From the IMG/VR virus record IMGVR_UViG_3300035676_000349, positions 1-25,934 of that record: a DNA stretch of 25,934 nucleotides; one strand, given 5' to 3'. Of this stretch, positions 18,967-25,934 are shown one piece after another. Position 1 is the stretch's first letter, and each line of letters begins with the position of its first letter. Source of the DNA: a virus. Its lineage: Duplodnaviria; Caudoviricetes. A program made the position numbers and the translations under genes. The notes below the pieces were generated by a model. The model saw only the letters and a list, made by a program, of their open reading frames with translations, did not search any database and was not told the DNA's origin.

Positions 18967-19749
18967 TTATATCAACTCCTCCATAAGCTCCAACGCTTTT
19001 AATCCATCGTACATGGTACACTTGAGTTCTTCCTTACCCTCAAGGAAATTATATGCGTTATCTATGACGTACCTAGTGTGATGGTCGAATCGTGCGGGTA
19101 CTGGGTCATTACCTATGCGCTGTTCCCTGAAGACATATCCATCCTCAAACAGTATTCGTAACGCCCAAAATCTAAGTATCTCTTCAGACATGAACTCATG
19201 TATGTCCATACACTGTCTGGGTACGCCGAAGTAATTAAATATATCTAACGCATGGGTTCCCGTATGTAGCATACCCCTATTAAATCTACAGTAGCCGTGT
19301 ACAGCTTTACCATGTTCTGCCTTTAACTGCTGATACTCCGGAATAAACCTCCTTGTATAATCTACAAGTATGGGTATTTTGCGGTCTTCGTAAAACTTTA
19401 TCACTTCTTTAACTTCTACAGAAGTCATACACAGCGGTTTCTCGCATATTACAAGTTTAGGTTTGTAACTATAGAGACTTAATGCTAACAGGTTATAATA
19501 GTGCGTATCGTCAGGCGTTGCTATAATAATTACATCATATTCAAGGCAAATATCGGTACGTGTGTCCCAAAATGCATATGCTTTGCGTTCTTTATCTACG
19601 CTTTTATCGTATGCCCAAATTTCAAAATTCCCATTCTCCTTTAGTGCTTTAGCGTAAGATATTGTTTTATGCTCGTTACCGGAACCAGGGGCGTCGTTTA
19701 AACACCCCATATTACCACACCCGACTATTAGCGCATTATACTTCGCCAT
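18967..19749 (-). CDS. Gfo/Idh/MocA family NAD(P)-dependent oxidoreductase
   Basis: Likely start ATG 19749 (GAGGTG RBS; the track gives 19755). Motifs LIVGCGNMG, IIATPDDTH, VICEKP, VDYTRRF and HTGTHALD. Confidence 0.88.
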   Translation of the reverse strand: MAKYNALIVGCGNMGCLNDAPGSGNEHKTISYAKALKENGNFEIWAYDKSVDKERKAYAFWDTRTDICLEYDVIIIATPDDTHYYNLLALSLYSYKPKLVICEKPLCMTSVEVKEVIKFYEDRKIPILVDYTRRFIPEYQQLKAEHGKAVHGYCRFNRGMLHTGTHALDIFNYFGVPRQCMDIHEFMSEEILRFWALRILFEDGYVFREQRIGNDPVPARFDHHTRYVIDNAYNFLEGKEELKCTMYDGLKALELMEELI

Positions 19750-20524
19750 ACGCACACCTCAACTCGTGGTAGTAATCCTTCTGCTCAACGTTTTTGTTAA
19801 TGGAAGGTAGCTCAGGATAAGTCATAAAAAATTCAATCACTTCTTTAAGCCCGAAATACACGCCCTTATGCGCCTCGAATAAAAACTTAAGTAGCTCATA
19901 ATCGTCCTTGGTATCAATGCATAGTCTAAGATGACTGTAGTTAACTTGTGGATTCTTGTCTAAAACAACACACATGTTTTTAAACCGCTTGTAATTGCGT
20001 GGGTTTTTGTAAATCCAAGTAGAAACATGTTGTCTATCTACAGGATTGTCAACTTCAGCCGCAACCTTCTCAAGTGTCTTAAGCCAGAAGGCTTGAACGT
20101 CCATACCTCTAGGATATGTCCTTTGTATTACATTACTACAGTAATCATTCACCGGCTGATTACCCAGACTGCTTATAACGTCATCTACTGCGTATTTATC
20201 GATACATGGGCAATCGCTAGTAATCTCAACTATCATGTCGGTTTTTACGATTTTAGCCGTCCGTAAAACTCTTTCCAATACGTCGTTCTCGTCTATGTCA
20301 AATGCTGCGTATTTACATTTTAGTTGGTCGCACAACTCAAATATTTCCTTGTCACCATGTGTGCAAGCCACGATTATATTATCAATAAACTTGCTCATCC
20401 TGAGCCTTTCTATGATGTGCTGTAGTACTGGTTTACCTGCGAGTGGAAACATAGTCTTGCCAAATAGCCTTGTTGACTTCATTCGTGCTTGGATGATTGC
20501 GGTTACTAGGAATTGTCCGTACAT
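19736..20524 (-). CDS. spsF: SpsF-like CMP-nonulosonate synthetase (cytidylyltransferase)
   Basis: Motifs AIIQARMKSTRLFGK, ENDVLER, ITSDCPCID, RTYPRGMDV, RQHVSTWI and LRLCIDTKDDY. Confidence 0.88.
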   Translation of the reverse strand: MYGQFLVTAIIQARMKSTRLFGKTMFPLAGKPVLQHIIERLRMSKFIDNIIVACTHGDKEIFELCDQLKCKYAAFDIDENDVLERVLRTAKIVKTDMIVEITSDCPCIDKYAVDDVISSLGNQPVNDYCSNVIQRTYPRGMDVQAFWLKTLEKVAAEVDNPVDRQHVSTWIYKNPRNYKRFKNMCVVLDKNPQVNYSHLRLCIDTKDDYELLKFLFEAHKGVYFGLKEVIEFFMTYPELPSINKNVEQKDYYHELRCAYGEV

Positions 20525-21690
20525 AAACCCACCCCCACTTCGAATTTAGGTTTTATATTACAATGCATTTTACCTAAATCATATTTTAAACTTACACTGA
20601 ATAGTCTATTGTTGATTAATTGACTTTCTACATGCGCATTAAAGTCAAATAAACTTATGCCGATGTAATCACAAAAATTTTCTACGTATCTAATATCTAG
20701 CCTATGATCTAAAAGCTTTACCGCTTTTATAGCCTCTTCTCTACTTGCACCAATCTCACGTATCAAATAGCATTGCCAGTCGGTTTCGTAGCCAAAACCA
20801 AATTTCATATACTTCAACCACTGATTAACCAATAGGTGGTCTCCATCAACGCTTGTCTCTCTTGCAGACCTTCCTATTTGCCCAACATACTCGTCATATC
20901 TACCTTTAAGACCATATACCCTAGAATATAGTGTATTGTGTACCTGACCCCACTCTTTTACGTAGTGTTGCAAGAATATAGCTTTTTTACCCGATGAATA
21001 AACCCTAAGCATTGGAAAATCAAACATGTGCAATTGCTTATAGGTTATAGGTTCACACCCATATAACTCGGCTTCCTCGTCGGTTATTATTAAGTCCTTA
21101 GCATTACAACCTTTTATAGTGTTATTATTTACGATAGTTAAAGCGTCTCCACTGTAAACGTTATCTGACAACCCAAATATAGCCGCCGGATTCTCACCCT
21201 GAATTATCAAGGGTATTGCTTTTTCACACGCTACTCTATATGCTGACGCCCACAGAGAATATTCAGAACTTCTTACAAGATTTCCGTACTTGAAGAAATC
21301 TCTCTTTGTCAAATTCATCATTACTTTAGGGTCTGGTCTAATTTCTATCAAGTCAAAACCATAAGACCGTAGATTCTCGATGTTATGCGTTCCAACTTTA
21401 GTTCGTCCGTCAGGTGCATTACACACCAATAACGGATTAAGTCCGAGTTCATATTTTGCATATAGGGCTTGAAAGTGACTGTCTTTACCCCCAGATACCC
21501 CGATAACGCAATCGTAAGAACTACCGTGTGCTTTTGCCCAATCGACAATATTCTGTAATTCTTTTTTCCTGGCATCCCAATCAATACTCTTTCTTGATTC
21601 CCAATAGTTGCACGCACCACAAACACCATTTTCGTCAAAGACGATATTAGGTCTTGTGTCAGGTTGAACACATTTTTTGCAATACCTCAT
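20506..21690 (-). CDS. N-acetyl sugar amidotransferase (PseA/WbuX/PtmG family, PP-loop)
   Basis: AAGGAGG RBS. Motifs CKKCVQPDTRPNIVFDENGVCGAC, YDCVIGVSGGKDSHFQ, IPLIIQGEN and LKYMKFGFG. Confidence 0.9.
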   Translation of the reverse strand: MRYCKKCVQPDTRPNIVFDENGVCGACNYWESRKSIDWDARKKELQNIVDWAKAHGSSYDCVIGVSGGKDSHFQALYAKYELGLNPLLVCNAPDGRTKVGTHNIENLRSYGFDLIEIRPDPKVMMNLTKRDFFKYGNLVRSSEYSLWASAYRVACEKAIPLIIQGENPAAIFGLSDNVYSGDALTIVNNNTIKGCNAKDLIITDEEAELYGCEPITYKQLHMFDFPMLRVYSSGKKAIFLQHYVKEWGQVHNTLYSRVYGLKGRYDEYVGQIGRSARETSVDGDHLLVNQWLKYMKFGFGYETDWQCYLIREIGASREEAIKAVKLLDHRLDIRYVENFCDYIGISLFDFNAHVESQLINNRLFSVSLKYDLGKMHCNIKPKFEVGVGLCTDNS

Positions 21691-21721
21691 AATCTTTTTA
21701 CCTCCTTAAGGGTTAAAGTAT

Positions 21722-21808
21722 TTATTTTTCTTTAAAGCTTTTAGCTAGTAGTACTACTAGACTAACCATAAATCCAAGATACGCTACTATTATAATTACA
21801 TTCTGCAT
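21722..21808 (-). CDS. 28-aa single-pass membrane peptide (not in the ORF track)
   Basis: MQNVIIIVAYLGFMVSLVVLLAKSFKEK. GGAGG 10 nt upstream; hydrophobic core with a basic tail. Confidence 0.5.
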   Translation of the reverse strand: MQNVIIIVAYLGFMVSLVVLLAKSFKEK

Positions 21809-21810
21809 AC

Positions 21811-22443
21811 TCATAGTACCTCCGCTAATTGCTTTGGTGTCCTTGCGAACTCTCCTGCATCCAGACCCGTAGAATCCTCAAGCTTGTAATGCACCTCGTA
21901 GATATCAGGTTTATATGTATTAAACAGTTCCCAGTCCGTAGTATGGTCAGATATGGCCGTATTCTCTAAGCACATAAAAGTCCCAAATGCATCATCATAA
22001 TCCTGGAAAGTAGCCGGATATTTGCGAACGCTGTAGAGTGCCGTGCAGTTATGCATCTCGTCAATTTTGCGCTCATCGGATAAATCCCCTATACTGACAT
22101 ATACCGGAATATTACGGGGTACATGGCCTATTAGGTAATCCTTAGTCCTGTCATTAGCTATCTTAACAAACGGTATTTTGTGATGCAATAAGAATTTTAA
22201 GGAGACTATATCGAATACACTTGAAGTTACTTTGTAGCCGTATGCCATGGCGTATTTGTACATGTACTCAAATACGTCATACTCAAGGGGTATGTTATCA
22301 CCCGCTGATTCGAATAGCTGAGTCTTGAAGATAATTTCGTATTTCTTGTTATCTATCTTGTAAATCTCATCAATCATCTGCCTGACTATAGCTTTGTCGT
22401 TTTTGAATGTATTAGCAGATATATCAAGTATGAATTGTCCCAT
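21811..22443 (-). CDS. neuB: Divergent minimal NeuB/PseI-family nonulosonic acid synthase lacking the C-terminal SAF domain
   Basis: FILDISAN, FKTQLF, SSVFD..S..FL, IPFVKIAN, KYPA, ISDHT, EVHYKL and GLDA are colinear with NeuB motifs (IIAEIG.N, VKFQ, STPFD, YKIAS, YP, SDHT, EKHFTL, GPD). Confidence 0.75.
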   Translation of the reverse strand: MGQFILDISANTFKNDKAIVRQMIDEIYKIDNKKYEIIFKTQLFESAGDNIPLEYDVFEYMYKYAMAYGYKVTSSVFDIVSLKFLLHHKIPFVKIANDRTKDYLIGHVPRNIPVYVSIGDLSDERKIDEMHNCTALYSVRKYPATFQDYDDAFGTFMCLENTAISDHTTDWELFNTYKPDIYEVHYKLEDSTGLDAGEFARTPKQLAEVL

Positions 22444-22951
22444 TGAAATCCTCCTTGTCTATACTAAAGTATAATGAATGGTAATACTTACCTTCCCAAT
22501 ACTTGCGATTGGGCATGTATACATTAATAGCATTGTAGGTATTAGATATCTTTTTCCAGAATTTAATTGCTGAATTACTCTCGTAACACTCGCCGTATAT
22601 GGTCTTTAGATTAAGTTGATTAAAACCTCTATCTAGTAGCATATGTACAGCAGCCGTCCCATTCTTCATACCCTGAGATATAGGTTTTAGTATTATACTT
22701 ATCTCGCCCAAGGAATTTTCCCACTCGATATTTAGTAAACCACACATCCCTATGAAGCTAGGTGATGTCTTGTTGTCGTTATATATACCCCACCAACGGC
22801 TGTTAGAGTTGCGATTACAAACCACATTCTTGTAAAATTCGGCTTGCATCTCCTGTGTTAGATGGTATGGTGTTCTTAGCGTATGTAGTTGCTGATTTCG
22901 CCATAGCCTAACCTCTTCCATGTTGGCTAACGATAACTCCTTAAACTCCAT
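22424..22951 (-). CDS. GNAT N-acetyltransferase (PseH-like)
   Basis: Motifs VRLWRNQ, FIGMCGLLNIEW, GFNQLNLKTIYGE and NSAIKFWKK. Adjacent to the pseB homolog. Confidence 0.8.
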   Translation of the reverse strand: MEFKELSLANMEEVRLWRNQQLHTLRTPYHLTQEMQAEFYKNVVCNRNSNSRWWGIYNDNKTSPSFIGMCGLLNIEWENSLGEISIILKPISQGMKNGTAAVHMLLDRGFNQLNLKTIYGECYESNSAIKFWKKISNTYNAINVYMPNRKYWEGKYYHSLYFSIDKEDFNGTIHT

Positions 22952-23807
22952 CGATAGACCTCCTTATCTTTTCAACGCTTAAAAATACGGGGTTATTACC
23001 CGAAGACAAACCTTGAGTTCCAAGAATCTCATCCGGAGGTATAATCCATTCGTGTAACTTCTCACCTTCACGAATACCCGTAAAATATGGTTTACAACCT
23101 AAAGCCTCTACCAAGTCAATTATGCGTATAGAGGGCATGTCCGGTATCATGAGTTCCCCGGGTTTACCTGACTCTAACGCCTTGTCCACTAAAGCAATGG
23201 CGTCTGCCATCGATAACCAGAATCTCGTCATACGCTCGTCCGTAACTGGAAGAGACTTAGCACCTTCGGACATGAGTTTCCTGTAATAAGGTAATACACT
23301 CCCAGCACTACCTATAACATTGCCGTATCTGCAAACGATACCGCCCTGATTAAGCCATAACTTTTCGGCCATTTTCTTAGAGGTTCCATAGGTGTTTACA
23401 GGAAGTACCGCTTTGTCAGTGGATATGAGTATTTTAGTTATAAAGGGATTCAAACAATCCAATAAATTTTGCGTACCATTGACGTTAATTGAAAGGCACT
23501 CTTGCGGGTTCTTCTCACATGCATCTATGCACTTGATAGCCGCAGCGTGTATGACATGAGTTACAAGTCTTGTCGCATGTTTTAGACGTTCTTTGTCTCT
23601 AAGGTCGCCCAAAATCCATGTGATGTTAGCTGGGTTGCCCAACTCTTCCCTGAGTTGTTTTTGTTTAAGCCAATCTCTTGAATAGATAGTGATAGGAATT
23701 TTACACTGTACGTTATCCTTTTTTATGTATTTACCTTGGGATGTGCAGAAATGGTGTTTCAAGTAAGCACTTCCGAATGAGCCGGTTCCTCCGGTTATTA
23801 ATAGCAT
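22941..23807 (-). CDS. pseB: UDP-N-acetylglucosamine 4,6-dehydratase (PseB/FlaA1-like)
   Basis: Motifs ITGGTGSFG, YSRDWLKQ, HAAAIK, STDKAV, YGTSK, RYGNVIGS.GSV, TDERMTRFW and GIREGEKLHE. Confidence 0.9.
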   Translation of the reverse strand: MLLITGGTGSFGSAYLKHHFCTSQGKYIKKDNVQCKIPITIYSRDWLKQKQLREELGNPANITWILGDLRDKERLKHATRLVTHVIHAAAIKCIDACEKNPQECLSINVNGTQNLLDCLNPFITKILISTDKAVLPVNTYGTSKKMAEKLWLNQGGIVCRYGNVIGSAGSVLPYYRKLMSEGAKSLPVTDERMTRFWLSMADAIALVDKALESGKPGELMIPDMPSIRIIDLVEALGCKPYFTGIREGEKLHEWIIPPDEILGTQGLSSGNNPVFLSVEKIRRSIDGV

Positions 23808-23845
23808 AGCTATTCACCGCCTCCTGACTATTTATTTATGTACTA

Positions 23846-25444
23846 TTATTTTATTATACCCCATTTTTGCGCCAAAAGCAACTTATCTTCCTTAGATGCA
23901 CGAAAATAATCATCTTGACGGTCGGGGGGTAAATCATTTATACTTATATGTTTTTCCTGTTTTTTAGCCGTACCTCCTTGACCTGATAACGCAGTATGTA
24001 AAGCTATGGCGTACGCCATAATAAGGTCGTCATGCTTTCCATCTTGAGCTACAGGTTTACCCCTATCATCCCTAACAAACGTTAACATTTCATCCAATGT
24101 TGGTATGTCATTAATTTTATCAACGTAATCCCTAACATACTCAACAAGGTCTGATATTATAGCTTGACGATTATACTTGTCCGTTCTAAATCCATATTTC
24201 TGCTGTATATCGTGGGTTATGCTATCCGTCTGTTGGCGTAAGTAAATTTTGGGATACTTTAATCTTTGAAGATTCAACACAAATCCAGGGTTAAAATTGA
24301 CTTCAGGGTTGAGTAAAGCGGTGTTGTAATAATACCCACCATAAGTAGCCTCTTCCGCTAGTTGGTCTATGTCAATATGCCCATGGAAAACAGCCACTTG
24401 CTCATAAGTCGAAGAGTCTAATATCTGTATTGCGTCGTAATCTCCGGTAACATTCCCCTCCGCTAAGTCAATTCCAGCAACGTACTTTTGGTTAGGTTGC
24501 GGATGTTGGTATATAGTCCACAATCCATTGGCATCCGGAATGAATTTGGAGGTGGAGTTAGGTGGTGTTGTTGTTGGTGTTGTGGAGGAGTTTGGGTTAA
24601 ACCTACCCTTAATGGGCTTATAGTATGGAGTTTTACTCGACTTAGCCTTTGGGGCATTTAAATGCACAATCCTATTCTGCACTTTCTGTGCATCGAATAC
24701 AGTCTTACCAAGTACACCCCACTGTCCTAAGCAATAGACCATGTAGTAATAAGGGTCGGTCTCCTTGAATCCCTCAAGAACGTTTATAGCCTCTTGGTCT
24801 AGAAATCTATTGTCTTTATAAGTTGTATGAGATGTAGTTGTGTTTGGGTGGTTAACGTCAAAAAATCTAGACTTGAGCCAATGGGATACTGATATCGGAT
24901 TGAAAGTTAAAATTATCTGTTTATAATATTTTGTTTCACCCCTCAACCTGATATCTAATTGTTGAAAGTCTTCTAACGTTAACTCACTCGCCTCTTCAAT
25001 CCAGATTGAGGTTATGTTATAAATAGATTTTAATTTCTCTACGTCGTCCAGTCCTGAGAATATGATTTCAGATCCATTGATTTTATACTTAATACGCAGG
25101 TCGGTCTGGTTGAAATCAAAATTTGCAGTGGATTCATAGTCGCCTATTTGCGAACGCAATTGCTGAAAACAAGATTCCCTTAATGTTTTACCGACTTTTC
25201 GCACCACAAGTATTCTATGACCCGCCTGAGATTTTATACGGCGTATTATTTTTTGACCGGCAAAAATTGATTTACCACTACCTCCACCACCCATTAGAAC
25301 TAAATACCTTTTATTATCATCGTAAAAATTCCAATATGCTTTATTAGTACGATCGTAAATTTTGATTAGCGGTAGGATTAATTTTCTATCGGTCTTATTA
25401 GCTTTTTCATATAGTTCGAGTAGTTCTTGTAATTTATCCAACAC
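23846..25444 (-). CDS. terL: Terminase large subunit
   Basis: GTG start with GGGTGA RBS. Walker A GGGGSGKS, Walker B IWIEEASE and coupling motif LTFNP. RNase H-like nuclease residues GIDLAEG, DYDAI and HDDLIMA. Confidence 0.95.
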   Translation of the reverse strand: MLDKLQELLELYEKANKTDRKLILPLIKIYDRTNKAYWNFYDDNKRYLVLMGGGGSGKSIFAGQKIIRRIKSQAGHRILVVRKVGKTLRESCFQQLRSQIGDYESTANFDFNQTDLRIKYKINGSEIIFSGLDDVEKLKSIYNITSIWIEEASELTLEDFQQLDIRLRGETKYYKQIILTFNPISVSHWLKSRFFDVNHPNTTTSHTTYKDNRFLDQEAINVLEGFKETDPYYYMVYCLGQWGVLGKTVFDAQKVQNRIVHLNAPKAKSSKTPYYKPIKGRFNPNSSTTPTTTPPNSTSKFIPDANGLWTIYQHPQPNQKYVAGIDLAEGNVTGDYDAIQILDSSTYEQVAVFHGHIDIDQLAEEATYGGYYYNTALLNPEVNFNPGFVLNLQRLKYPKIYLRQQTDSITHDIQQKYGFRTDKYNRQAIISDLVEYVRDYVDKINDIPTLDEMLTFVRDDRGKPVAQDGKHDDLIMAYAIALHTALSGQGGTAKKQEKHISINDLPPDRQDDYFRASKEDKLLLAQKWGIIK

Positions 25445-25452
25445 AAATCACC

Positions 25453-25584
25453 CTACTTTTTCTTTTTCTTACCTGCTTTATTTAAAGCGATAGCGATAGA
25501 TTGTTTTTGAGGGTATCCGGAGTTTACTAATTCAGAGATATTGCTGGATATCGTTTTTTTAGATTTACCTTTTTTGAGGGGCAT
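25453..25584 (-). CDS. 43-aa basic phage protein (not in the ORF track)
   Basis: [56 protein letters not shown] recognise the MPLKKGKS...QxxAIAL pattern from small phage ORFs near packaging genes. Confidence 0.8.
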   Translation of the reverse strand: MPLKKGKSKKTISSNISELVNSGYPQKQSIAIALNKAGKKKKK

Positions 25585-25735
25585 ATTATACGTACCTCCT
25601 TAAATGGTATTTAATGGTAATTAGTTTTTAGTAGTGTACAATTTACCACCCATATATATTTAGAGAAGCCGGGGTGGGGTTGCTCCCTACCGGTGGGGGT
25701 AGGGTGGGGGTATAGGGAAAAGATAAAATAAATAT

Positions 25736-25863
25736 AGTAGAGCAGTGTGCAGTAGAGCAGCGTGCAGTAGAGCAGTGTGCAGTAGAGCAGCGTGCAGTAG
25801 AGCAGCGTGCAGTAGAGCAGCGTGCAGTAGAGCAGCGTGCAGTAGAGCAGCGTGCAGTAGAGC
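25736..25863. repeat. 15-bp tandem repeat AGTAGAGCAG[C/T]GTGC, 8 copies plus 8 bp
   Basis: Read directly. Copies 1 and 3 carry T, the others C. Confidence 0.95.
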
Positions 25864-25880
25864 GCATGTAAAATATTTGC

Positions 25881-25910
25881 AATGTAACAATATAGATATT
25901 TTGTTACATT
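25881..25910. promoter_or_regulatory. Operator-like inverted repeat
   Basis: AATGTAACAA-N10-TTGTTACATT, perfect 10-bp arms. Function inferred. Confidence 0.45.
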
Positions 25911-25934
25911 AAGAAAAACCCTGCAAGCGTTGGC

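Noticed and set aside
21348-21671. Alternative-frame minus-strand ORFs (21348..21671; also 5653..5934, 8016..8198, 13449..13655, 24463..24657)
   Set aside because: They are nested in or overlap well-supported genes in another frame, with no motif support and no frameshift signal that I could identify.
17210-23807. Interpretation as a host chromosomal spore-coat, O-antigen or flagellin locus flanking a prophage
   Set aside because: The cluster lies between terL and portal, is co-oriented and tightly packed with them, and has no flippase, polymerase, flagellin, att site or IS nearby. A chimera cannot be fully excluded without reads.
25614-25641. Possible sigma-A promoter TTGTAC-N16-TACCAT on the minus strand
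   Set aside because: Both hexamers and the spacing are imperfect in AT-rich DNA, so it cannot be supported without transcript data.
25736-25863. Possible CRISPR array
   Set aside because: The units are contiguous 15-mers with no unique spacers, and there are no cas genes.
25643-25890. ORFs 25643..25882 (STARC repeats) and 25687..25890 (ALLHA repeats)
   Set aside because: They are by-products of a stop-free 15-bp repeat; I see no convincing RBS, and two frames are equally open.

Overview
A low-GC tailed-phage (or prophage) morphogenesis region with every credible gene on the minus strand. Strong GGAGG/GGTGA ribosome-binding sites suggest a Bacillota host (inference). Read right to left, it holds: a 15-bp tandem array and palindrome; a 43-aa basic ORF; the terminase large subunit; a 6.6-kb sugar cluster; a Com-like zinc ribbon; portal, scaffold, decoration and major capsid genes; Ser/Thr-rich virion proteins; a CstII/Maf-like glycosyltransferase; a beta-helix spike; a LamG protein; adaptor, nozzle and a repeat fibre; and two probable ejection proteins. 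No tape measure, tube or sheath gene is visible, so the architecture is podovirus-like. The cluster between terL and portal resembles a CMP-nonulosonic acid (pseudaminic-acid-like) pathway: PseB dehydratase, PLP aminotransferase, two GNATs, a minimal NeuB, a PseA/WbuX amidotransferase, an SpsF cytidylyltransferase and a Gfo/Idh/MocA oxidoreductase. Together with the sialyltransferase-fold enzyme and the Ser/Thr-rich structural proteins, it suggests a phage-encoded system that O-glycosylates its own virion with a sialic-acid-like sugar. All family calls come from motif recognition by eye; no database searches were run.
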